A stretch of 64,000 nt of DNA from an uncultured Candidatus Binatia bacterium (GTDB lineage Bacteria > Desulfobacterota > Binatia > UBA9968 > CAXXLF01). Under the pieces are notes generated by a model. That model saw only the letters and a list, made by a program, of their open reading frames with translations. It ran no database searches and was not told where the DNA came from. Where the stretch lies: the NCBI GenBank assembly GCA_965218425.1, contig OZ244621.1:4010812-4074811 (forward strand), read 5' to 3'. Shown here piece after piece: positions 1 to 9,900 of this stretch. The stretch's first letter is position 1. Each line of letters opens with the position of its first letter. The translations under genes and the position numbers were made by a program.

Positions 1-2
1 GA

Positions 3-284
3 GTGGGTGGGATGGTCCTAACCGGGTCGCTTAAGAAAAACGTTCAAGCACTCACCTATCGCTTCCAACTCACGGACGGCGCAGCATCCATCCCAGTCTA
101 CTATAAAGGGGTTCCTCCCGACCTGTTCAGGGAAGGAACAGGAGCCGTGGTGGAGGGACGCTTTGGGAAGGACGGGGTCTTCCGCGCCACCACCATCATG
201 GCCAAACATGCAGAGGAGTATATGCCTCCCAAAGAGGGGCATTCCAAGTCTCGGAGCTTCGTTCCAGGCCAGGGGAAGCAGTGA
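3..284 (+). CDS. ccmE: Cytochrome c-type biogenesis heme chaperone CcmE (5'-partial, C-terminal 93 aa)
   Basis: Translation ...IPVYYKGVPPDLFREGTGAVVEGRF...AKHAEEYMPP matches the conserved CcmE C-terminal region; immediately upstream of ccmF with GTGA stop/start overlap. Confidence 0.8.
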   Translation: MGGMVLTGSLKKNVQALTYRFQLTDGAASIPVYYKGVPPDLFREGTGAVVEGRFGKDGVFRATTIMAKHAEEYMPPKEGHSKSRSFVPGQGKQ

Positions 285-2242
285 CGGCCACCATCGGTCA
301 GGGCAGTATCCTGTTGGCCTTGGCACTTTCCCTGTGGGGAATCGTTGCCCCGTTCATTTTTAGCCGAACCCGCAAGCAGCTTGTTTTCACCAGCATTCGC
401 TTTGGGATCCTCGGTCAATTCTTGTTTGTAACCCTTGCCGCCTCCTCCCTTATCTACGGTCTGATTACTACGGACTTTTCCATAAAATACGTGGCCTTTA
501 ACACCACCCGGGCCACACCCATCTATTACCGTGTCACGGGTCTATGGGGCGCTTTGGAAGGTTCGCTGCTCTTGTGGGAATGGTTACTCATTATTTTCTC
601 CGCCCTGGTGGCTTGGATTTATAAGGACCGCCACCGGGAGCTGTTGCCCTGGGTGTTACTGATCTTCTCAATTGTCTCAGCATTTTTCCTTTCGGTCATT
701 GCCTTTGCCTCAAACCCCTTCGAGCCGATCTTCCCGGTGCCTCCCGATGGTCGAGGGCTCAACCCGCTGTTGGAAGACGCCAATATGCTGACTCATCCAC
801 CGCTTCTCTACACCGGATTTGTGGGTCTCACGGTACCCTATGCCTTCGCCATGGCGGCGCTCATCATTGGAAAGCTCGATGCGGAATGGATCGTTACCAC
901 CCGCCGCTGGACCATTACGGCGTGGTTCTTTTTAACCATGGGCAACCTCGTTGGGGCATGGTGGTCCTATCACGTGCTGGGATGGGGCGGTTACTGGGCG
1001 TGGGATCCCGTGGAAAACGCCGCCTTCATGCCATGGCTTCCCGCCACGGCATTCCTCCACTCGGTGCAGGTACAAGAGCGGCGCCAGATGCTCAAGGTCT
1101 GGAATCTCTCCCTGATCATCCTAGCTTTCAGTCTAACTATTTTCGGTACGTTTCTTACACGGTCAGGGATCCTCTCCTCCATTCATGCTTTTTCTTCAGG
1201 ACCCGTGGGTTCACTATTTCTCGCATTCCTTGCGTTTATCCTGGTGGGCTCATTCGGACTTCTCGCCTATCAGTCAGATCGGCTGAAAGGGCAACCCTTG
1301 TTGGATTCGCCGGTGAGCCGGGAGTCGGTCTTTCTCCTTAATAACGTGGTTTTGGTATCCGCCCTGTTTACCATCTTTCTTGGCACCATCTTTCCCCTCC
1401 TTTCGGAGGCGGTGGCAGGCGTGCAGGTAAGCGTTGGAGCTCCCTACTTCAACTCCGTCACGGTGCCGCTATTTCTACTTTTGGTCTTTCTCATGGGAGT
1501 GGGACCCATGATTGCTTGGGGCAAGGCCTCTTGGGACAACCTCAGACGAAACTTCCTGTGGCCTTGCATCGCTTCGCTGGTGGTAGCCCTCGTCCTTTTT
1601 ATCTGGCGCGTTCAGTCGTTTCTGCCTCTGTTGGGTTTTACTCTTTCGGCCTTTGTGGTGTTCACCATTTTGTTTGACACTGTGTTTTTAATGCGCGCCC
1701 GGCATCGCATCGCCGGCGAAGGGTTCATACGCGCCCTGGGCACCCTGGTACGAAAAAACCAGCGCCGTTACGGCGGCTTGGTGGTCCATCTCGGTGTGGT
1801 CCTGGTGATTATGGGCATCGGCACCTCCATGAGCTACAGCGTCGAGCGGGAGGCAACCCTCCAGCAAGGACAGGAATTGACCGTGGGGCCATACAAAGTG
1901 CGATTCGATGGTTTGAAGGGCTCCCAGGAACCCACCCACTTTCGGATAGAAGGAGCATTTCGGGTTTTCAACAACGGGGATGATCTGGGCACCCTGTCCC
2001 CCGCGCTCAAGTTTTTTCCCAGCCAGAAGTCCCCTATTGGACGAGCGGTCCACCGTACCACCTTATCGGAGGACCTGTACGTCATCCTTTCGGGTTTCAG
2101 CGAGATAGAGCAAAACCAGGCTACGTTAAAAATTTTACTTCGGCCGCTGGTGAGTTGGATTTGGATTGGCGGATTTGTCATGGCCTTGGGCACCCTGGTG
2201 GCCGTCTGGCCCGTGGGGCGCTTTTCCTCACGGGAGAGTTAA
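281..2242 (+). CDS. ccmF: Cytochrome c heme lyase subunit CcmF
   Basis: 653 aa polytopic membrane protein with the conserved CcmF/NrfE WGxxEGSLLLWEW-type region; sits between ccmE and ccmG; GTG start overlapping the ccmE stop. Confidence 0.9.
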   Translation: MTATIGQGSILLALALSLWGIVAPFIFSRTRKQLVFTSIRFGILGQFLFVTLAASSLIYGLITTDFSIKYVAFNTTRATPIYYRVTGLWGALEGSLLLWEWLLIIFSALVAWIYKDRHRELLPWVLLIFSIVSAFFLSVIAFASNPFEPIFPVPPDGRGLNPLLEDANMLTHPPLLYTGFVGLTVPYAFAMAALIIGKLDAEWIVTTRRWTITAWFFLTMGNLVGAWWSYHVLGWGGYWAWDPVENAAFMPWLPATAFLHSVQVQERRQMLKVWNLSLIILAFSLTIFGTFLTRSGILSSIHAFSSGPVGSLFLAFLAFILVGSFGLLAYQSDRLKGQPLLDSPVSRESVFLLNNVVLVSALFTIFLGTIFPLLSEAVAGVQVSVGAPYFNSVTVPLFLLLVFLMGVGPMIAWGKASWDNLRRNFLWPCIASLVVALVLFIWRVQSFLPLLGFTLSAFVVFTILFDTVFLMRARHRIAGEGFIRALGTLVRKNQRRYGGLVVHLGVVLVIMGIGTSMSYSVEREATLQQGQELTVGPYKVRFDGLKGSQEPTHFRIEGAFRVFNNGDDLGTLSPALKFFPSQKSPIGRAVHRTTLSEDLYVILSGFSEIEQNQATLKILLRPLVSWIWIGGFVMALGTLVAVWPVGRFSSRES

Positions 2243-2245
2243 TCC

Positions 2246-2812
2246 ATGGCCTGGCGGCGTTTGACCGTTACTGTATCAGCCATCATGCTTCTTATCGGGC
2301 TATTGGCCTATAGTTTTAAACGTGACCCGCGCTATATCGAGTCTCCCCTCATCGGCCACCCCGCCCCAACCTTCGTCCTCACCCTGTTTGATGGAAAGCG
2401 TATCAGCCTTCAGGACCTGCGCGGAAAAGTGGTGTTCCTCAACTTCTGGGCCTCCTGGTGTCCTCCCTGCCGAGCCGAGGCGAAGGACCTGGAAGCCGGC
2501 TGGCAGAGATTTAAGGATCAGGGTATCGTCTTCGTGGGAGTCAACATCCAAGACAAGGAACCCGCTGCTATGGAGTTCATCAGCGAATTTGGCATCACGT
2601 TTCCCAACGGACGGGATGCTAGCGGTCGAATGGCAGTAGATTATGGCGTGTGGGGAATCCCGGAGACTTTTTTTATCGATGCCGAGGGGAGAGTTACCTA
2701 TAAACATGTGGGAAGCCTTGGATGGCCCATCATTTCGGCTAAACTGGACGAGGCCCAACGCAGTCTGGTGAGCGCCAGTGAAGGAAGAGGGGATTATCAA
2801 CCTATTCGGTGA
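2246..2812 (+). CDS. ccmG: Thiol:disulfide interchange protein CcmG/DsbE (thioredoxin-like)
   Basis: N-terminal membrane anchor, WASWCPPC redox motif, thioredoxin-fold length (188 aa), position in the ccm operon. Confidence 0.85.
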   Translation: MAWRRLTVTVSAIMLLIGLLAYSFKRDPRYIESPLIGHPAPTFVLTLFDGKRISLQDLRGKVVFLNFWASWCPPCRAEAKDLEAGWQRFKDQGIVFVGVNIQDKEPAAMEFISEFGITFPNGRDASGRMAVDYGVWGIPETFFIDAEGRVTYKHVGSLGWPIISAKLDEAQRSLVSASEGRGDYQPIR

Positions 2813-2818
2813 CCCGGC

Positions 2819-3955
2819 ATGAAATCACGACTTTATTTGTTGCTACTCTTCTGGTTCATTCCCGCATCCATACATGCAGAGTCGGTGGATCTGGAGGAGC
2901 AGGTTCGCCGGATCGCAACGGAACTTCGTTGTCCCGTGTGCCAAAACCTCTCCGTGGCTGACTCTCCCTCCGAGATGGCCCAGCAAATGCGCGCCATCAT
3001 TCAGCGACAACTCAAAGAGGGCAAAAGTCCGGATGAGGTAAAAACCTACTTCATTTCCAAGTACGGTGAGTGGGTCATGTTAGCCCCCAGGGCAAAAGGG
3101 TTTAGCCTGCTCATCTGGATTCTTCCCTTCGTTGCACTGGGAGGAGGGATCCTCTTTGTGGTTGTCATGGTTAGGCGTTGGGCGAAAAACAGACCTGAGC
3201 GCCCATCCACCGCGGCGGATCCTGCCATGGCTCAACGGATACGCCGGGATATGTCGCGGCGAAAAAATTGGGAAGTGCCCCCCCATCTCGAGGGCCCACA
3301 AGTGCACCTGCTGAGAGAGCGGGCAAGGCTCTATAATGAGATTCAGGAGCTGGAGTTGGACTACCACGCAGGTAAACTTTCCGAGGCGGACTACCACGAG
3401 GCGCGCCAGGGCTACGAAGAACAGGCCTCAGGGGTGCTGAGGGAACTTGGTTCCCAAGTTCCCTCCGAAAGCCAGAATCCTGTCAAAAAGGACGAGCCAA
3501 AATCATCCCAATCTGGTTCCCGCCCGGGTTGGGTCTTTACCGTCACGGCCGCTTTCTTACTTCTATTTGGCGTGACCCTTGGAGTTTTGCTTAGTCATTC
3601 CTTACGGACCCGAACCTCGCCGCAAGACAGTATAACGGGCGATTTTCTAACCGGAACCACCGCGCAACGGGGGGATCTGGATGCCCTCCTCAAGCAGGGT
3701 CGAGACGCCTACTCTCGCCAAGAGTGGGCACAATCCATCGATGCATTTAAAAAGTACTCGCTATTGAAGCAAGACATCCCGAGGCTCATTCATACATGGG
3801 GCTCATCCTGGCGGGAGCCGGCCACGGCGATGCTGCGATTTTGGCCTTTAACCGTGCCCTCTCCATCGACCCCGATTACGCCTTGGCCCTATGGGGCAAT
3901 GGAATGGTGCTTTATCGTCAAAAGGGCAATCTCCCTGGAGCGCGCGAAAAACTGA
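2819..3955 (+). CDS. ccmH: Cytochrome c biogenesis protein CcmH (NrfF-like N-domain) with CcmI-like extension; reading frame degenerates after about nt 3780
   Basis: Signal peptide, LRCPVCQNLSVADS heme-handling motif, a transmembrane segment, then a charged linker and a second transmembrane segment as in CcmH-CcmI fusions; the last ~60 codons of this frame are low-complexity while a TPR frame opens at 3751. Confidence 0.7.
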   Translation: MKSRLYLLLLFWFIPASIHAESVDLEEQVRRIATELRCPVCQNLSVADSPSEMAQQMRAIIQRQLKEGKSPDEVKTYFISKYGEWVMLAPRAKGFSLLIWILPFVALGGGILFVVVMVRRWAKNRPERPSTAADPAMAQRIRRDMSRRKNWEVPPHLEGPQVHLLRERARLYNEIQELELDYHAGKLSEADYHEARQGYEEQASGVLRELGSQVPSESQNPVKKDEPKSSQSGSRPGWVFTVTAAFLLLFGVTLGVLLSHSLRTRTSPQDSITGDFLTGTTAQRGDLDALLKQGRDAYSRQEWAQSIDAFKKYSLLKQDIPRLIHTWGSSWREPATAMLRFWPLTVPSPSTPITPWPYGAMEWCFIVKRAISLERAKN

Positions 3956-4419
3956 AAAAGCTCCTGACTCTGTTACCTCCGGGCGCTGAAAGGCAAAACG
4001 TTTTACAGACCATCGCGGAAATCAACCAGCGGAAGGGAACCCGGTTGGCGAGTCAGGCGGCGCCTGTGACCGATGGAATTCAGGGAACCATTTCCATCGA
4101 GCCTAAACTCAAGACGAAACATCAGGAGGGAGGAACCCTGTTCATCATTGCAAGAAGGGCAGCCACCCAAGGCGGACCACCCCTAGCGGTGAAGAGAATT
4201 GCGAGCCCGGTATTTCCTCTTTCCTATTCCCTGGGTAAAGAAAATACGATGATTCCAGGGAGCGTCTTTGAAGGGAGGGTAAACATCATCGTTCGACTGG
4301 ACCAGGACGGTGATCCCCTCACCAGAGGACCTGATGACCTTACGGGAAGTTATGAGAAGAACCCCGTCGCAATCGGTTCCCAAAACGTGGACATCGTTTT
4401 GAGCGCGGGGGTTCAGTAG
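3796..4419 (+). pseudogene. CcmI/NrfG-like TPR domain, apparently the frameshifted continuation of the ccmH-ccmI fusion
   Basis: A second reading frame opens right after a TAA at 3748-3750 and reads ...EAHSYMGLILAGAGHGDAAILAFNRALSIDPDYALALWGNGMVLY (TPR repeats), which continues the TPR-like ...AQSIDAFKKYSLLKQDIP of the upstream frame; a single -1 shift near 3760-3780 would join them. Confidence 0.55.
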
Positions 4420-4510
4420 ACGACCGGGCAATTAATTCAATGGTACATATTCGGCCTGGACGGCAGGAAAGTACATTACAGGAATACCGCAATCGGGATC
4501 ATCCCTTTTT

Positions 4511-4930
4511 TCATTGAGCCGTCTCCACCACCCTTGCCATTTCCACTACTGTCTCAAATGCACGGTCTAAGTCGAATTCAGCCAAATCTTGCTCTCGTAA
4601 AACGCCCTTCAACTGACGCTCAATCTGGTTCCCAAGCTCCTTGAGCCGTTGCGTAGAGACATCCACTGGCTCGTTACTGGGAACCGTCAACTTTGCCTTC
4701 ACCTGAGTCACTAGGTCCATAGATTCCGGGCGGATGCCACCTTTTCGGACGGCGTGATCAATATCATAAAAGTCGCGGACCGCAACCTCCCAGCGTGAAA
4801 GGGCGGCTCGAAACTTTTCGGAAATTGCCCCTATCTTTGCAATGAAGCACACGGCATGATCGGAACTGAGGATCCAAAGCACTTGCTGAGTGATCGCCGA
4901 TTGTTCCAACGTTTCCGGGGATTGAGCCAC
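4511..4930 (-). CDS. Hypothetical protein, possibly HEPN-like (R-x6-H motif)
   Basis: 139 aa ORF with no recognisable family; contains VRDFYDIDHAV, which fits the HEPN Rx4-6H signature; located beside IS3 and vapBC. Confidence 0.3.
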   Translation of the reverse strand: MAQSPETLEQSAITQQVLWILSSDHAVCFIAKIGAISEKFRAALSRWEVAVRDFYDIDHAVRKGGIRPESMDLVTQVKAKLTVPSNEPVDVSTQRLKELGNQIERQLKGVLREQDLAEFDLDRAFETVVEMARVVETAQ

Positions 4931-5262
4931 TCAAAATGGCATCCCCAAACCCAACTACTGATATAAGGTTCGTTCTTCTCTCGAATCTCTTCGCGGAATC
5001 GGGGAGTTGGATTTTCTCCTAATCCAGCAAAGTAACTATCTACTTTAACGCATACACTCCTAGTGGCTTTATAGTCCCAACATGGCCGTCTTGCCCATTT
5101 CCAACGGCTTCTCACTTCACCACGCAATGTATCGCTTCGCATTGTATCTCCTCTTTTCTCTTCATTCTAGAACCGAAAGAGTCGTAAGTCGGGGAAAATT
5201 CCATTGGTTCTACACTCTCAAGGCATTGATCTGTATGGTGTGGCCTGCTCCCCTTTTTGTCC

Positions 5263-6110
5263 TCACCTATAAGTTAGTGGTGTTTCGTTGTGGTCCGCTC
5301 CGGACCGGGTTGCAAACTCCATCGGTGTGAGTCCGTTAAGGTTCGTGTGTGGTCTTCTGGCGTTGTAGTCGACCCTCCAGTCTTCGATGATCTCTCGCGC
5401 ATGGCGGTAGCTGATGAATATGTGCTCGTTCAGGCATTCATCACGCACACGCCCGATGAAGCTCTCCACCAACCCGTTCTGCATGGGCTTGCCCGGAGCG
5501 ATGTCGTGCCACTCTACCCGGCGACCCTGCTGCCATCGCAGCATCGCATTCGACGTGAACTCGGTGCCGTTATCGGACACCACTAGGAGGGGATCACCGC
5601 GCCGTTGAGCGATGTGGTCCAGTTCTCGGGCAACCCGCTCTGCGGTGATGGAGTTGTCTACGATGGTGGCCAGGCACTCCCGTGTGAAGTCGTCGATCAC
5701 GCAGAGCACACGGAAACGCCGGCTGTCGACCAAGGCGTCGGATGCGAAGTCCACCGACCAGCGCTGATTGGCCCCTTGCGGGATCGTCATCGGCGCCCGG
5801 CTCCCAAGCGCCCGCTTGCGACCGCCCCGTTTGCGCACCGCCAACTTCTCCTCCTTGTAGAGCCGGTAGAGCTTCTTGCGATTCACCACCACGCCTTCCC
5901 GCGCCAGCAACAGGTGCAGGCGCCGATACCCGAAACGACGGCGTTCCGCCGCCAGCTCCCGCAGCTTCTGCCGTAACTCCCCGTCATCCGGTCTCATCGA
6001 CCGATAACGGTAGACCCGCGGCTCGATGCCCAACAGACCACAAGCCCGCCGCTGCGAGTCACCCTTTTCCTTCATCGCCCAGTCCACGGCTTCTCTCCTG
6101 GACCTGGGCG
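5263..6110 (-). CDS. IS3-family transposase OrfB (DDE integrase core), expressed by a -1 frameshift from orfA
   Basis: rve integrase core: ...WSVDFASD...[11 protein letters not shown]...[19 protein letters not shown]; the frame is -1 relative to orfA and overlaps it. Confidence 0.9.
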
Positions 6111-6377
6111 TCAGAAGTCTTTTCCCACCATCTCCTTGAGCGTCGATACGTCCAGCATCGCGTCCGCCAAAAGACGCTTCAGCTTGGCGTTCTCCGTCTC
6201 CAGGCTCCGAAGCCGTTTCGCCTCAGACACCTCCAGCCCGCTATACTTCGAGCGCCACTTGTACAACGTCGCGTCACTGACGCCGTGCTTGCGACACAGC
6301 TCCGTCGCCCCCAGCCCCGCCTGGTGCTCCTTCAGAATCCCGACGATCTGTGTTTCGCTGAACCTGCTCTTGCGCAT
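6111..6377 (-). CDS. IS3-family transposase OrfA (HTH)
   Basis: 88 aa; [45 protein letters not shown]... is the typical IS3/IS911 OrfA helix-turn-helix and leucine-zipper region; ends at slippery heptamer GGGAAAA (about 6120-6126 on the minus strand). Confidence 0.9.
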   Translation of the reverse strand: MRKSRFSETQIVGILKEHQAGLGATELCRKHGVSDATLYKWRSKYSGLEVSEAKRLRSLETENAKLKRLLADAMLDVSTLKEMVGKDF

Positions 6378-6636
6378 GCGTGCCCCTCCTCTTCGGTCAA
6401 AGACTAACCTCTAGGTGAGGACAATCAAGGGGAGCAGGTCAGGTGGCCGAAGCAGTTCTATATTGGTTGATCGTTCCTTTAATTCTTATCCCTATCGGAC
6501 TCTTGTTGCTGATTCGTCGCTGGACAACAGAGATCGTCGTCTGATCTACAAGCGTGGCCGGGTAGCTAAGAAGAACGACGAGATGAGTCTTAACCGAATC
6601 GAGGAAGTCAACCGTTCAGTGAAAAGCCCCGAACCG

Positions 6637-7080
6637 TTAATTACGAAACTCAATATCCCGTAATGGCACCACGATGCTATGGCCTTTGAGCTGCTTCACC
6701 ATGATGTCATCGGCAGTGATCAAAGGGTATCCGAGGTGCTCGGCCAAGGCCACATAGAGGGCGTCGTAGATGGTGATTTTGTAGACCCAGGCGATGGCGT
6801 TGGCTTTGCGAAAAAGGTTAAAATCGGCGGGTTTTACTTGGAGATGTAGGTTTTCGAGCACATGAAGTGCCTCAGCACCGTCTTCCTCATTTGCCCTCGG
6901 TGCGTATCTGAGAGCGTTAAGGATTTCCAGAAATGTGAGTTCAGAAACAAACAGACTGGAACGGCCAGATGTATGGAGTTCCCTAAGACCAAGAGCGCGA
7001 TCACGATCTTCCTCTTCCATGAACCATTTGACCAGGACAGAAGCGTCCACAACGTAGCCAGCATGATAAGTAGGGATCAC
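6637..7080 (-). CDS. vapC: PIN-domain ribonuclease toxin VapC
   Basis: 147 aa; N-terminal VVDASVLVKWF with conserved acidic residues typical of the PIN fold; a 4-bp overlap with the upstream RHH antitoxin gene. Confidence 0.8.
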   Translation of the reverse strand: MIPTYHAGYVVDASVLVKWFMEEEDRDRALGLRELHTSGRSSLFVSELTFLEILNALRYAPRANEEDGAEALHVLENLHLQVKPADFNLFRKANAIAWVYKITIYDALYVALAEHLGYPLITADDIMVKQLKGHSIVVPLRDIEFRN

Positions 7081-7349
7081 TGATCATCTTTCAAATTGGT
7101 GTCGCGGAATTTCCGAATAATTGCCTGGGCGTCCCAGCGGCCAAGTTTTTTAGCTAAGCGGTCCATCCTCTCGGAGGCCTTTTTCATCTTTTCCCGCTTT
7201 TCCTTCTCTTCCCGTTTCTTCCTCTTCTCGTGCAGATACTCTTCCAATGCCTCTTGAATGAGAGCGCTGCGGCTGGTTCCCTCGTCTTTTACTTCTTCGT
7301 TGATTTCTTCGAGCAATTCGTCTCTTAAAAAAACATTCACACGCCCCAT
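7077..7349 (-). CDS. vapB: Ribbon-helix-helix (CopG-like) antitoxin VapB
   Basis: MGRVNVFLRDELLEEINEEVKDEGTSRSALIQEALEEYL is an RHH DNA-binding motif followed by a Lys/Glu-rich tail; ATGA overlap with vapC; the listed ORF start at 7412 is probably too long, with a better start at 7349. Confidence 0.7.
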   Translation of the reverse strand: MGRVNVFLRDELLEEINEEVKDEGTSRSALIQEALEEYLHEKRKKREEKEKREKMKKASERMDRLAKKLGRWDAQAIIRKFRDTNLKDDQ

Positions 7350-7585
7350 AGCACGCCCCCTTAACACACTTGAAACACACCAATAGTGTGTTGTCAAACG
7401 CACACAGTCCAACGAGATTCATATACTTTAAACCTGAATGATGTCAAGAACTTAGGATAGCACTAAAGGACAAGAGGCCGTTTTGTTATGAAATTCTGGA
7501 TCGACTGGAGAGCCTATTAAACGAGCGATGAAAGATTTGTGATGGAGTGCTTGACGGTGACTTGCCGGGAAAACAGAAAACCGGC

Positions 7586-7939
7586 TTACAGCCATTTCCA
7601 TCTACGTAGGATATCTAGGGGAGTCTCTTTTACGCTCATGTCCGGGTCTTCGAGGAGAGCCTCGATCTCTTCCCTCAATGCCCTCAGGTCCCGCTGCTTT
7701 CCCTCCTCGCTCAATCGTTTTAGAGCCGATCCCCGAATCCTGCCGTCCTCGTCCCGCAGGCATTTTCGGTATACTTCCACATAACCGGGGGTCTGAGCCA
7801 TGGGCCTTAAACAGACCAAGGCGTCGAAGCGGAGTTCGGCGTTTTTGTGTTCCAGATATTTGAGATAGACCTTCGTGACTTCTTCTTTCTTTGAATAAAA
7901 TCGCCACAGGTTGAACAGGATGGTCCTCTTCTGCTCCAT
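7586..7939 (-). CDS. Hypothetical HEAT-repeat-like protein
   Basis: 117 aa with repeated helical ...ALxxL..D.D..VR..A units; no stronger assignment possible. Confidence 0.3.
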   Translation of the reverse strand: MEQKRTILFNLWRFYSKKEEVTKVYLKYLEHKNAELRFDALVCLRPMAQTPGYVEVYRKCLRDEDGRIRGSALKRLSEEGKQRDLRALREEIEALLEDPDMSVKETPLDILRRWKWL

Positions 7940-8125
7940 GGGATCATGGTCAAGCCGGTCCGGCAGGAGGCCTAGAATGCGGTCGTCTCACAAACGGATT
8001 CCACATATCTCTTGGCCTTCTCACAAACTCGTTCCCGTGGTTCAATTCGATGACGCAATTCATTTCAATTTCACGCCTTATCGTTTATTGCCTTTGAGGT
8101 TATCTCCCTCACGAAGAAATACGGC

Positions 8126-9745
8126 TCACCACCCTATGGCATAACTTTCCCGTCTCGGGTCCGCTCCACTCATCCAGGTCCCCGTCAACGGATCCTTGAC
8201 GATAACGGCTGCGTCGCCAAAGGACCACCGACCCACAATCTCAACATTGTGTCCTTTTGCAACAAGTCCATTCACCACGGCCGGAGGGATGCCCTCCTCT
8301 ACCTTTAGTTCCTCCGGGAGTTCCGCCGATGCGGGCGCCGTCCCCGGCCGATGGCTCCAGCGGGGCAACTCGATAGCGGCCTGGGGAGAGAGCCGTCGGT
8401 CGAGCAGATGGTGCAGGACCTGTACGTTGGTTTGTGGCTGGTCATCCGCACCCGGTGTCCCACCCACGGCAAAGAACTCGTTATCCCGTAAAACCATGTA
8501 CGAATTCAAAGTATGGGCGGGTCTCTTTCCCGGCACCAGTGCATTGGCCTTACCCGGATTGAGATTACAACTGGACAACCGGTTATTCATCACCATACCG
8601 GTATCACCGGCCACTACCCGGGAACCAAAGATCGAAAAGATACTTTGAATCAGAGACACCACATTGCCATCCCGGTCCACCGTGCAGAGATACGTGGTAT
8701 CGCTGCCCAAGGATGCGTCGAGGCGCTTGCGTGACCGGGCTCTGTCCGAAATTAAGCGACGTCTCTTGCCGGCATGCTCCTTTGAAATCAACCGTGAAAT
8801 TCCCAGATCGCCAAAACGCGGGTCTTCCAGGTGATTGATGCGGTCCTCGAAGGCGAGCTTTTTAGCTTCCACCATCATATGGATATCATCCACTGGATCC
8901 ATACTTGGCAGCGAATAGCCCTCCATAATATTGAGCATCTCCAGAACGATGAAACCCTGGGATACCGGAGGTTGCTCGAACAGGGAAAAATCGCGGTAGG
9001 TTGTGGTGACGGGTTCCTTCCACTCCGCATGTCTCGCCTCGAGGTCCTCCTGGCTTATGATCCCGCCTTCCTTTCGAAGCGCGGCGCACATGCGCGCTCC
9101 GATTTCTCCTTCATAAAATGATTTCCTGCCGGTCCTCACAATTTCTTCCAGAGTCTTAGCCAGCTCTTCTTGCACTAGATACCTACCGGGCACGGGAGGA
9201 TCCATAGGCCTCCGAAAAGACCGGTCCACCCAGGGATAGAAGGGGGCAAGTTCAGAGACGGATTCCAGCAACGTTCTATAGGCTGGGAATCCATGGCGGG
9301 CGTAACCGATGGCGTCCTGAGCCAGCCTCGGAAGTTCCATGGTTCCATATTTCGAATGGAGTTCCATCCACCCATCCACGATACCAGGTACCGCAATGCT
9401 CAAGGGGCCGTCTGAGGGAATCAGAGACAAACCCTTATCCTTGAAGAATTCCACCGTGGCTTTCCTTGGCGCAGGGCCGCTTGCATTTAGGGCCTCCACT
9501 TTTCCCTTGTCCTTTATAAGGACAAGGGAAAAGAGATCACCTCCGACTCCACAGGCCTGAGGCCGCACCACCGCCAAGACAAATGAAGCCGCCAGGGCGG
9601 CATCCACGGCATTACCTCCCTCTTGCAACGCCTTGACACCAGAGAGGGAAGCGAGGTGGTGACCTGAGGAGACCACACCGTTACAACCCATCACGACGGG
9701 TCGTGCTGTTGGCGAATGGTTCAAAAGAGCTGGTGAAGAATTCAT
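8126..9745 (-). CDS. ggt: Gamma-glutamyltranspeptidase
   Basis: 539 aa; conserved GGT blocks GCNGVVSS..HLAS..G..AL..GGNAVDAA, ACGVGGDLF and the autoprocessing-site region ...TTYLCTVDRDGNVVSLIQSI. Confidence 0.85.
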   Translation of the reverse strand: MNSSPALLNHSPTARPVVMGCNGVVSSGHHLASLSGVKALQEGGNAVDAALAASFVLAVVRPQACGVGGDLFSLVLIKDKGKVEALNASGPAPRKATVEFFKDKGLSLIPSDGPLSIAVPGIVDGWMELHSKYGTMELPRLAQDAIGYARHGFPAYRTLLESVSELAPFYPWVDRSFRRPMDPPVPGRYLVQEELAKTLEEIVRTGRKSFYEGEIGARMCAALRKEGGIISQEDLEARHAEWKEPVTTTYRDFSLFEQPPVSQGFIVLEMLNIMEGYSLPSMDPVDDIHMMVEAKKLAFEDRINHLEDPRFGDLGISRLISKEHAGKRRRLISDRARSRKRLDASLGSDTTYLCTVDRDGNVVSLIQSIFSIFGSRVVAGDTGMVMNNRLSSCNLNPGKANALVPGKRPAHTLNSYMVLRDNEFFAVGGTPGADDQPQTNVQVLHHLLDRRLSPQAAIELPRWSHRPGTAPASAELPEELKVEEGIPPAVVNGLVAKGHNVEIVGRWSFGDAAVIVKDPLTGTWMSGADPRRESYAIGW

Positions 9746-9900
9746 GACCTCAATGAGTACGGATCTTGGGTCCAGAGGGTGAAATTCTAGGACCTATAAA
9801 TTAATGGAGGCAAACTACACTCCCCGGTATACCATTAAGGCCGGGTGCAGCCTGCCTCCTAAAGGCAACCTCGATTCAATTTCGAACTTCGATACGTGGC

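Larger units (their letters stand above)
5241..6441 (-). mobile_element. IS3-family insertion sequence (1201 bp) with orfA/orfB, 29-bp imperfect terminal inverted repeats and a 4-bp GGTG target-site duplication
   Basis: IR TG(G/A)CCTGCTCCCCTT..TTGTCCTCACCTA at 5241-5269 and reverse-complemented at 6413-6441 (3 mismatches); flanking direct repeat GGTG at 5237-5240 and 6442-6445; TG...CA ends; two overlapping transposase ORFs. Confidence 0.85.

Noticed and set aside
5742-6407. 221-aa plus-strand ORF across the IS3 element
   Set aside because: Antisense to IS3 orfA/orfB; Pro/Ala/Arg-rich low-complexity translation.
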